From: Candidatus Iainarchaeum sp.
GTDB taxonomy: Archaea > Iainarchaeota > Iainarchaeia > Iainarchaeales > 0-14-0-20-34-12
Length of the DNA stretch: 29,373 nucleotides
Direction: 5' to 3'
NCBI GenBank assembly: GCA_030649345.1
Contig: JAUSKK010000048.1
Location: forward strand, 1-29,373
The notes beneath the pieces are model-generated. The model did no database searches, was not told the origin of the DNA, and was given only the letters and a program-made list of their open reading frames with translations. Shown here one piece after another: positions 8,256-15,677 of this stretch. Each line of letters starts with the position of its first letter. Position 1 is the first letter of the stretch. The position numbers and the translations under genes are program-made.

Positions 8256-8618
8256 ATGCAAAACAAACGAATTTTACTCAGAAAGTTTCCGGATCGAGAA
8301 ACTAAACAAAGAATACGCACAAATAGCAGAACTCAGCAAATACGCAGTCAACAAAGACAAAAGGCAAGAATTCGCATTTTAAGACGAAAGCAAACACAAG
8401 CATTTCGGAAAGCATTAAATGTTCTAAAATTGGATTCAAAAACAAAAGAACAAATTAAACAAATTTATCTGTTTAAAAGCGAAGGACGAATAGTCATTGA
8501 ATTGCACAGAGTATTGGGAACTATGAAAGCAATAGCATTTGAAGAAGAATACACAAAAGCGCTTCGCCTGCAAGGCTTAACTATACGCAAACACAGACGT
8601 TTATTGCATGATTTCTAA
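8256..8618 (+). CDS. Hypothetical small protein with a very basic N-terminal half
   Basis: MQNKRILLRKFPDRETKQRIRTNSRTQQIRSQQRQKARIRILRRKQTQAFRKAL is followed by a ~60 aa mixed alpha/beta-looking region. It is the only long ORF in this spacer. Confidence 0.45.
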   Translation: MQNKRILLRKFPDRETKQRIRTNSRTQQIRSQQRQKARIRILRRKQTQAFRKALNVLKLDSKTKEQIKQIYLFKSEGRIVIELHRVLGTMKAIAFEEEYTKALRLQGLTIRKHRRLLHDF

Positions 8619-8744
8619 AAACAGGTTAATACACAGCCAAAAATTAGTTAAAGAAAGCAAAAGAATTACTTAAAAAATAATGCTTTTACTTATTTCATAT
8701 ACTTTAATGTCTAATTGCCGAAGGCAATTGAAAATTTTGAATAC

Positions 8745-8772
8745 GCACTATCGAGCAATGCGAAGATAGTGC
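8745..8772. other. Conserved hairpin element, copy 2
   Basis: The sequence is GCACTATC-gagcaatgcgaa-GATAGTGC: a perfect 8 bp stem with a 12 nt loop. It lies 31 nt upstream of tRNA-Ile. The inner stem CTATC/GATAG and the loop pattern GA.C.A.G.GAA are shared with copy 1, while the outer 3 bp differ but still pair. Confidence 0.45.
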
Positions 8773-8803
8773 TTCGGAGGTATTGGAACCGAAGGTTCTA
8801 ATT

Positions 8804-8878
8804 GGGAGAGTAGCTTAGTCTGGTCGGAGCACGCGACTGATAATCGCGGGGTCGGAGGTTCAAATCCTCCCTTTCCCA
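8804..8878 (+). tRNA. tRNA-Ile (anticodon GAU)
   Basis: I folded it by hand. The acceptor stem is GGGAGAG/CTTTCCC with one G:U pair. The D arm is GCTT-AGTCTGGTCG-GAGC and the anticodon arm is CGCGA-CTGATAA-TCGCG. The variable loop is GGGTC, the T arm is GGAGG-TTCAAAT-CCTCC and the discriminator is A. It is 75 nt with no CCA. Confidence 0.85.
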
Positions 8879-8930
8879 ATCTCTTTTCAAGGCGCATTCT
8901 TTTTTATTCTAGTTTTACATAATTGTTTTA

Positions 8931-9833
8931 ATGAGTAAAATTTCGATTATTGGTTTAGGGGAAATTGCAGTAGATCTTTTAGGAGAACAAAAGTTTGCTG
9001 GCGGTGCTTCTTCCAATTTTGCGCAATTCATAGCTGACTTAGGTTATTCCAGTGGATTAATTAGTGCTGTTGGAAAAGACGAACATGGAACTTTTTTAGT
9101 CAATCAATTAAAGCAACGAAAAGTCAGTACAGAATTTGTGCAAATTAAAAAAATTCAAACTGGAACAGTTACAGTTGTATTAAATGGAATTGAACCAGAA
9201 TTCACGGTTAGCGAAAAAGCAGCATGGGATAGTATTGAATGGAACAAGGATTTAGAAAAATTGGCTCAAAAAATTGAATTGGTTTGCTTTGGAAGCATTG
9301 CACAAAGAAACAAAATTTCAAGGAATACGATTCAAAATTTTTTAAAAAAATGCACTGGAAAAAAATTGTTTGACGTAAATATAAGAGCCAAATGGAATGC
9401 ACACTTGGTTTCAGAAGTTATTCATCCTTGTTTAAAATTTGCAAATATTTTGAAAATCAATGAACAGGAAAGTTTTTACTTCAAAAAATGGCTTAAACAA
9501 AAAGACAGCGTAAAATTAGCCAAAAAATTGTTTACAAAATACAAAAACTTGGAATTGATTGCATTTACTCAAGGAGAAAATGGCTGTGAATTGTTTACCA
9601 AAAAACAAAAAACCCAAGTTTCTGGATTTTCCGTTAAAGCAGTGGACACCACAGGCTGCGGAGACTCGTTCAGTGCAGGACTGGCAATTGCTTTTTTGGA
9701 GAAAAAAAACTTGGAAGAAATCGGGGAATTCGCCAATGCTTGTGGAGCTTTGGCTGCAACCAAAATGGGAGCTACTCCTGAACTCAGTCGAAAACAAGTG
9801 GAAAAATTTATTGAACAAAAAAGAATTATTTAG
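8931..9833 (+). CDS. PfkB-family carbohydrate kinase
   Basis: It has the N-terminal GLGEIAVD...GGASSNFA block and the C-terminal DTTGCGDSFSAG anion-hole motif. Confidence 0.8.
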   Translation: MSKISIIGLGEIAVDLLGEQKFAGGASSNFAQFIADLGYSSGLISAVGKDEHGTFLVNQLKQRKVSTEFVQIKKIQTGTVTVVLNGIEPEFTVSEKAAWDSIEWNKDLEKLAQKIELVCFGSIAQRNKISRNTIQNFLKKCTGKKLFDVNIRAKWNAHLVSEVIHPCLKFANILKINEQESFYFKKWLKQKDSVKLAKKLFTKYKNLELIAFTQGENGCELFTKKQKTQVSGFSVKAVDTTGCGDSFSAGLAIAFLEKKNLEEIGEFANACGALAATKMGATPELSRKQVEKFIEQKRII

Positions 9834-9851
9834 AAAACACACAATGATTTT

Positions 9852-10673
9852 ATGAAATCACAAGTTGAAGTAATACCTTGGGCACATATCTTAGAAGACC
9901 GGTCACATAGAGCTGTGATTAATTATGTTCAACGATTGCCCAAGGGATCGGTTGTAGCCATTGAAAAAGAACCTCAAGAACTGGATTTATTTTACCAAGC
10001 ATTTGACAAAATTATTGCTGCAAAAGAAAAAGCAACGCAAGGAGCTTCTGGAGATCTTAATCAACTAAAAAAAACAATAACTTCAGACAATTGGGCATTT
10101 ATTGAACTAATTCATGACTGTCAAACTCGGGGAATTCAAGTAATTCCAATAGAATCCATGGTTGGATACACTAAAGCAGAAAAAGCACTTCGGATACTTG
10201 CATCAGCCCCTGACTATCGTCGAGACCAAAAAATACAAGGCCTTAAAGCTTTTATAAAAGCCGATGAATTTAGAGAACTGCAAATGGCCAGAGAAATTGC
10301 TGGACAAATCAGAATACGCAGTCCCAAAAAAATACACGTAATCATTGGCGAAGGTCATGTGACTGGTTTGCATGAACAACTGACAAAAATAGGTTTAACT
10401 GCAAGAATTAATTTAAGTTTGTTTCCAAACCCCAAACCCATTCAGGACGGAATTAAATTAGAAAAAGAAATACGAAATGCAATTAGGCAAGAAAAATATA
10501 TGCGTGCATTAAATCTTTACGAAGCCAGTATTGTTCCAAGGTCAGCTGTGGAAATCCGCTCAGAACACATTATCAATGCAATTACAGCCAGACGCAAAAA
10601 AGAACAAACAAGAATAGAAAGAAAAAAGAGACAATCAGCTCAAAGAACAACCAGACGAAAACGAATAATTTAA
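9852..10673 (+). CDS. TraB/PrgY/Tiki-superfamily-like protein with an Arg/Lys-rich C-terminal tail
   Basis: The N-terminal WAHILEDRSHRAVINYVQRLPKGSVVAIE resembles the TraB GTAHVS...V.VE block. DEFRELQMAREIAGQI...KKIHVIIGEGHVTGL resembles the RD.yMA...VvGaGH block. The tail is ARRKKEQTRIERKKRQSAQRTTRRKRII. Confidence 0.4.
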   Translation: MKSQVEVIPWAHILEDRSHRAVINYVQRLPKGSVVAIEKEPQELDLFYQAFDKIIAAKEKATQGASGDLNQLKKTITSDNWAFIELIHDCQTRGIQVIPIESMVGYTKAEKALRILASAPDYRRDQKIQGLKAFIKADEFRELQMAREIAGQIRIRSPKKIHVIIGEGHVTGLHEQLTKIGLTARINLSLFPNPKPIQDGIKLEKEIRNAIRQEKYMRALNLYEASIVPRSAVEIRSEHIINAITARRKKEQTRIERKKRQSAQRTTRRKRII

Positions 10674-11971
10674 CGAAACTTTTTCACAATTTCTTTGAAT
10701 GAATCTTTACGTGTAATAATTTTTGCTTTTTTATTCCAAATCAAAACTTCCGCTGGCCTTGCTCTTAAATTGTAATTCGAGCTCATCGCATAACCATAGG
10801 CACCCGCACACAACAAAGCCAAAACAGTTCCTTCTTGAATTCCAGGAATAGGCCTAGATTGATATTTAGATTCATTAAAAAAGTCTGAAGACTCGCATAA
10901 ATTTCCAGCAACCATATATTTTTGTTTCTGCTTAGAATTTACTTGATTGCAATTCACAATTTCATGAAAAGCTCCATAAAACGCAGGACGAATCAAGCAA
11001 TTAAAACCAGAATCAACTCCAGCAATCAATGAGCCTTTTTGTTCCACAGTATTCACGGTAGTCAACAAAATACCAGAATCACCAACAACATATCTGCCCG
11101 GTTCAATTGCAATAGAACACGTTAATTTAGAATTCTGAAAAGCCAAAGCAATTCCTTTTGCATATTCTTGAATTGGAAAAAAGTCCTGAGAAACAGAATA
11201 CGGAATCCCTGGACCTCCGCCTAAATCTACAAACTCTAAAGAATACCCTAAAACTTTTTCGGCTTTTTCAGCCATACTTAAAGTTTTGGAAACAGTTTTC
11301 AAAAAAGTTTGTACATCTTTTCCTTTCCAGCCAGAACCAATATGCTCATGCAAACCAACTACTTGGAAACCAAAAATTTTAGCTAACTTAAATGCATTCA
11401 AAACCTGTTTTTCCGGAATTCCAAACTTTACATGCTTTCCTGCCGTAATCGTGTGATCGTGCAAACCAGCTCCAAAAGAACCAGGGTTCCAACGCACACT
11501 AATTCGAACTTTGCCTGCATTGGATTTTACCAATTTTTTCAAACGCTTTAATTGAGACAAAGAATCAATATTAATCAAAACCTTGGCTTTCAATAAAATC
11601 TTCAAATCATCATTTGAAACAGAAGTGCCAGTAAACAGAATTTTTTCCGAAGAAAAACCTGCTTTCAATCCTAACAAAACTTCGTTCGGAGAAACACAAT
11701 CCAAAAAAGCATTCTGTTGATTCAATAAACGCAAAATAGCTGGATGAAAATTAGCCTTCATAGCATAATGAATTCGAATATTTGGCAAACTGGCTTGAAT
11801 AAATGCGGTTTTTAAACGCTGAAAATTTTCAACAATACGATTGCCATTGTAAACATACAAAGGAGTTCCAAACTGTTTAGCTAAAACAGTTGTGTTCAAG
11901 CCACCAATAAACAATTGGTTGTTTTTAATTTCTAAATGATCCTTGGATTCATACCAATTTTTTTTAGTCAT
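10670..11971 (-). CDS. lysA: Diaminopimelate decarboxylase
   Basis: The PLP lysine block is HYAMKANFHP. Also present are GGGPGIPY, EPGRYVVGDSG, CESSD and YGYAMSSNYN. Confidence 0.9.
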   Translation of the reverse strand: MTKKNWYESKDHLEIKNNQLFIGGLNTTVLAKQFGTPLYVYNGNRIVENFQRLKTAFIQASLPNIRIHYAMKANFHPAILRLLNQQNAFLDCVSPNEVLLGLKAGFSSEKILFTGTSVSNDDLKILLKAKVLINIDSLSQLKRLKKLVKSNAGKVRISVRWNPGSFGAGLHDHTITAGKHVKFGIPEKQVLNAFKLAKIFGFQVVGLHEHIGSGWKGKDVQTFLKTVSKTLSMAEKAEKVLGYSLEFVDLGGGPGIPYSVSQDFFPIQEYAKGIALAFQNSKLTCSIAIEPGRYVVGDSGILLTTVNTVEQKGSLIAGVDSGFNCLIRPAFYGAFHEIVNCNQVNSKQKQKYMVAGNLCESSDFFNESKYQSRPIPGIQEGTVLALLCAGAYGYAMSSNYNLRARPAEVLIWNKKAKIITRKDSFKEIVKKFR

Positions 11972-11975
11972 TCAT

Positions 11976-12797
11976 TCACCAATCCAATACACCAGAAAAT
12001 ACAAGTTCAGCTGGTCCTTTCAATAAAACAGTTTCATTGACTTTAATAAACAAAGAACCGCCGGGTTGCTGAACTTCAATCCATTTATTTTTAGTTAAAA
12101 TATTTTTATTAATTCCAGCCAAAACAATCGCAATACTTCCAGAACCACAAGCTTGAGTTTCACAAGCACCCCGTTCATGGACACGCATATTGACTTTTGT
12201 TTTAGATACAACATTCACAAACTCAGTGTTCGTACGCGCAGGCTTAAACTGGGAAGAATACTCAATATCATGCCCTTCTTTTTCTAAATCAAGTTCTGAA
12301 ACAGGTTTTTGGGTAAAAATTACTGCATGCGGATTGCCTACATTTACAAAAACAAACGGATAATTCAAATGATGTGCTTGAATTTTGCCTTCAAATTCTA
12401 CTTCAGCTTTTCCCAAATAGGTTAATTCCACTTCAGCATTTGTTTTTGAAACTTTCAACAAACGAACTTGAACAATTCCTTTGGCAACTTCAATGGAAAA
12501 GTTTTTAGGTTTAGTTTGATTCCATAAAGAATAAGCAAATGAAACACAACGTAAACCATTCACGCAATTTTCGGCTTCAGAACCATCTGGATTAAAAATT
12601 CGCATTCGAATATTTGCTTTGCTTGATTTTTGAACAAACAAAATTCCGTCTGCTCCAATGAAAAATCGTCGATTGCAGTATTTTTCTGCAAACTTAGCTT
12701 TCTGTTTTTCCGGAACTTGAACTTTATTCAGTTCATTAATGACTACAAAATCATTTCCCAAACCATGAATTTTTAAAAAAGAAATTTTCATATACAA
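11976..12797 (-). CDS. dapF: Diaminopimelate epimerase
   Basis: Motifs are FLKIHGLGNDFVVI, NPDGSEAENCVNGLRC (first catalytic Cys) and ERGACETQACGSGS (second catalytic Cys). Confidence 0.9.
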   Translation of the reverse strand: MYMKISFLKIHGLGNDFVVINELNKVQVPEKQKAKFAEKYCNRRFFIGADGILFVQKSSKANIRMRIFNPDGSEAENCVNGLRCVSFAYSLWNQTKPKNFSIEVAKGIVQVRLLKVSKTNAEVELTYLGKAEVEFEGKIQAHHLNYPFVFVNVGNPHAVIFTQKPVSELDLEKEGHDIEYSSQFKPARTNTEFVNVVSKTKVNMRVHERGACETQACGSGSIAIVLAGINKNILTKNKWIEVQQPGGSLFIKVNETVLLKGPAELVFSGVLDW

Positions 12798-12803
12798 TCA
12801 ACC

Positions 12804-14003
12804 TTACCTTAAAGAATAACCCTTCAATCGTTCTGCGGCTATTTTTGTTTTCTCCAAAGAAGCCACCAAAGCAAACCGAATAAATTCCGCCCCAGGATTG
12901 ACTCCATTAAAAGTATGGGATACCAAAGGACCGGGCATGGAATTAATGCCTTTTTCCATTAACAATTTTTCCGAAACTTTAACCGGATCTAAGCCTTGCG
13001 GAACTCTAGCCCATAAATAAAAAGCACCATCTGGTTTGTCTACTTCAAAGCCACAAGCTTTCAAAGCTGGAACCAAAACATTCATGCGTTCAATATACAT
13101 TTGATTCATTTCTTTGACGTGTTTTTCATCTTGCAAAGCCTGAATACAGCCATCGCTGATAAAAGGCTGTAATCCTTGAATAGATTTACCTAAAACAGAT
13201 TTAAACGGAGTTAATAATTTTGGATTTTTTGAAACCAAAAAACCCGCAGCATACGAAGTCATCCTAGATCTTTTCGAAAAAGAATACACCGCCAAAGCAC
13301 ATTCTTCGGCTCCTTTAAAATTCAAAATACTCACCGGCTGTTCATTAAAATAAATATCCGAATAACATTCATCGGAAACCAAAATCAAATTATGCTTTAA
13401 ACAAAAATCAACAGTCTTTTGCAAATATTCTTTAGAAACCATTTTTCCAGTCGGAGAATGAGGATAGGTCAAAAACAAAATTCTTGAACGCTTTAAGATA
13501 TCTTGCGGAATTGAATTCAAATCTGGTTCAAAATTGTTTTCCGGCAAAAGATTCAAAAAATAAGGTTCTGCTCCAGCCATTAATGTGCCAAATAAATACG
13601 GAGGATATCCTGGATTGGGAATTAAACATATTTCATTTTGATTGGGCGTAATAAAACGCGAAGGCAACTGAAACACAGTAAATTTAGCGCCATAGACAGC
13701 TATTACATCATCCGAACGAATACTAACCTGAAACCGTTTTTGAAACCAGGAAACAACAGCTTCACGGAAATCAAGAGCACCGGTAGAAATGGGATAACCC
13801 TGAGTTTTTTTTGTGTCCATAGACTGCTGAATGGCTTTTCGAATAAACTCAGGAGTTTCATCCGTTGGATCGCCGACTCCAAAGTCTACAATAAAATCTT
13901 TTCCAAATTTTCGAATAGCAACCTCCTTATTTTGATCCACAATATCGGCCGGATAGGGAACATTTAAAATTTTTTCAACATTGGAATTTAGTTTTACATC
14001 CAT
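12804..14003 (-). CDS. dapL: Class I/II aminotransferase, probably LL-diaminopimelate aminotransferase (DapL type)
   Basis: Motifs are FGVGDPTDETP, NPGYPPY and YSFSKRSRMTSYAAGF (PLP lysine). It lies between the ACT protein and dapF-lysA, and no dapD/dapE-like genes are present in the cluster. Confidence 0.6.
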   Translation of the reverse strand: MDVKLNSNVEKILNVPYPADIVDQNKEVAIRKFGKDFIVDFGVGDPTDETPEFIRKAIQQSMDTKKTQGYPISTGALDFREAVVSWFQKRFQVSIRSDDVIAVYGAKFTVFQLPSRFITPNQNEICLIPNPGYPPYLFGTLMAGAEPYFLNLLPENNFEPDLNSIPQDILKRSRILFLTYPHSPTGKMVSKEYLQKTVDFCLKHNLILVSDECYSDIYFNEQPVSILNFKGAEECALAVYSFSKRSRMTSYAAGFLVSKNPKLLTPFKSVLGKSIQGLQPFISDGCIQALQDEKHVKEMNQMYIERMNVLVPALKACGFEVDKPDGAFYLWARVPQGLDPVKVSEKLLMEKGINSMPGPLVSHTFNGVNPGAEFIRFALVASLEKTKIAAERLKGYSLR

Positions 14004-14029
14004 AGCCTATAACCTCACAACCTTTTTGT

Positions 14030-14755
14030 TTACTTAATTGAACTTTGCTCCATTAAATTTTTGGCCTTTGTTATTTCTTCTTTAAATAAATCGTACACTC
14101 GGGTCAATAAAGAATCTGGCACAACAATTGAAACTTCATTGTAGGCTGTAGCCAATTCAATTACATTCAAAGAATGCAAAGCCAAAATACGCAAAAAAAC
14201 AGAAACTGGACCCGGAGTTGAAATAAATTTTTCAGAATTAAACCGAATGCGAATCACAGACAAATTTTTTTGAACATCCACAAAAGCAGATTTAGATAAT
14301 GATTTCGTTAATTTTGCAAAATTTCGAGAATCCAAAACAACTGCGATTTCGCCGCTGGCTTGTGTCACATACAATAATTCATTTTTATTCCAATTCACTT
14401 TACTAGACAAAGCATTCAAAGCATGAAAGGTTTCTGAAGAACGCGGCAAAACAACATCCACAGCATCATCAAAAACAGCCAAAGTACACGAAGCAATCAC
14501 TTCCGTTAAATCGGAATTCCAAGTAGTTCGCTTCTTGGTCTTTTTAGAGTAACGCACTAAAGCCATTAACACAGATTCATCGGAAACTTTTTTTCCAACC
14601 AAAGATTCCACCCAAGGCAAAATCTTTCGAGCCAAAGAAGAATAATTCACAATCTCTAAATCAACTGCGTCTCGAAGCAAATAATGCGAACTCAAAATAG
14701 AAACAACGGCATCGTACACTGAATTAATGGAAACATTCTCTGCGTTTTTCACCAA
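14030..14755 (-). CDS. ACT-domain protein (aspartokinase-C-terminal/ACT_7-like), a candidate amino-acid sensor or regulator
   Basis: The C-terminal half (ASGEIAVVLD... and LSVIRIRFNSEKFISTPGPVSVFLRILALHSLNVIELATAYNEVSIVVPDSLL) shows an ACT-like beta-alpha-beta-beta-alpha-beta pattern. The N-terminal ~75 aa is helical. It has a GTG start and is the first gene of the minus-strand lysine operon. Confidence 0.45.
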   Translation of the reverse strand: MVKNAENVSINSVYDAVVSILSSHYLLRDAVDLEIVNYSSLARKILPWVESLVGKKVSDESVLMALVRYSKKTKKRTTWNSDLTEVIASCTLAVFDDAVDVVLPRSSETFHALNALSSKVNWNKNELLYVTQASGEIAVVLDSRNFAKLTKSLSKSAFVDVQKNLSVIRIRFNSEKFISTPGPVSVFLRILALHSLNVIELATAYNEVSIVVPDSLLTRVYDLFKEEITKAKNLMEQSSIK

Positions 14756-14834
14756 AACACCATATACTAAAATATAACAAAAAGTATTTAAAAATGTTGT
14801 ATTTACTTAACTATTATTAAATAAATAAACGAAC

Positions 14835-14854
14835 ACTATTAGGTAACTATTAGG
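14835..14854. promoter_or_regulatory. Tandem direct repeat ACTATTAGG x2 (11 bp period) in the divergent lysine-cluster promoter
   Basis: ACTATTAGG-ta-ACTATTAGG ends 10 nt before the dapB ATG. A third partial copy, ACTATTA, lies at 14810-14816. TATTTAAAAA lies upstream at ~14785-14794. Confidence 0.4.
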
Positions 14855-14863
14855 GGTTTAGGA

Positions 14864-15610
14864 ATGAATATTGCGATTATTGGTTACGGTAAAATGGGGC
14901 AAGCCATTGCAGGCATTGCGCAAAAAGAACACATTTCCATTGCAGCCATTATTGACCCGCAAGCTCCAGAAGCTACGCATAAAGAAATTACTGCAGATTC
15001 TGTGAAAAACGCAGATGTATGCATTGAATTTACTCAACCCGACCAATGCATTCAAAATATTCAAAAATTGGCCAGCTTGAAAAAAAATATTGTGGTTGGC
15101 ACTACTGGATGGAATGATAAAATAAGTGAAGTGGAACAGATTGTGAAAAAACACGGCATTGGCTTAGTATATGCCAGCAACTTTTCATTGGGAGTTCATG
15201 TGTTCTTAAAACTGGTTCAGCACGCTGCCACAATTATGAACCGGTTTCCGGAATACGATGTATATGGTTTAGACTTGCATCATTCACAGAAAAAAGATTC
15301 GCCGTCTGGAACTGCACGCTTGTTATCAGATATTTTGTTGAATGAAATAGATCGAAAAAAAAGCGTGCAATTTGAAAAATTAGAACGAAAATTATTGCCG
15401 GAAGAAATTCATTTTGCATCAGTGCGTGCAGGAAATATTCCGGGAACGCATACCATTGCATTTGATTCAAGTGCTGACAAAATTGAATTAACCCATGAAG
15501 CCAAAAATAGAGAAGGATTTGCCCATGGTTCTTTAAAAGCAGCAGAATTTATTCAAAACAAAAAAGGAATGTATTCCATTGAGGCATTGTTGGAAGAATT
15601 AATGAAATAA
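14864..15610 (+). CDS. dapB: 4-hydroxy-tetrahydrodipicolinate reductase
   Basis: It has the N-terminal Rossmann motif IAIIGYGKMGQ and the signature LHHSQKKDSPSGTA. Confidence 0.9.
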   Translation: MNIAIIGYGKMGQAIAGIAQKEHISIAAIIDPQAPEATHKEITADSVKNADVCIEFTQPDQCIQNIQKLASLKKNIVVGTTGWNDKISEVEQIVKKHGIGLVYASNFSLGVHVFLKLVQHAATIMNRFPEYDVYGLDLHHSQKKDSPSGTARLLSDILLNEIDRKKSVQFEKLERKLLPEEIHFASVRAGNIPGTHTIAFDSSADKIELTHEAKNREGFAHGSLKAAEFIQNKKGMYSIEALLEELMK

Positions 15611-15677
15611 AAACATATTTGAATTAAAATAAAAAAAGAATAATTTTGAAGTGAAATAAAAAAACGAGGTTTGATTT

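Noticed and set aside
7980-8772. I considered the tRNA-flanking hairpins as box C/D sRNAs, K-turn/K-loop L7Ae sites, split-tRNA halves or BHB intron motifs.
   Set aside because: No RUGAUGA/CUGA box pairs occur with sensible spacing. The GA-rich loops do not fit tandem sheared G-A geometry next to the stem. Both tRNAs are complete and uninterrupted. The elements are therefore reported only as unclassified structures.
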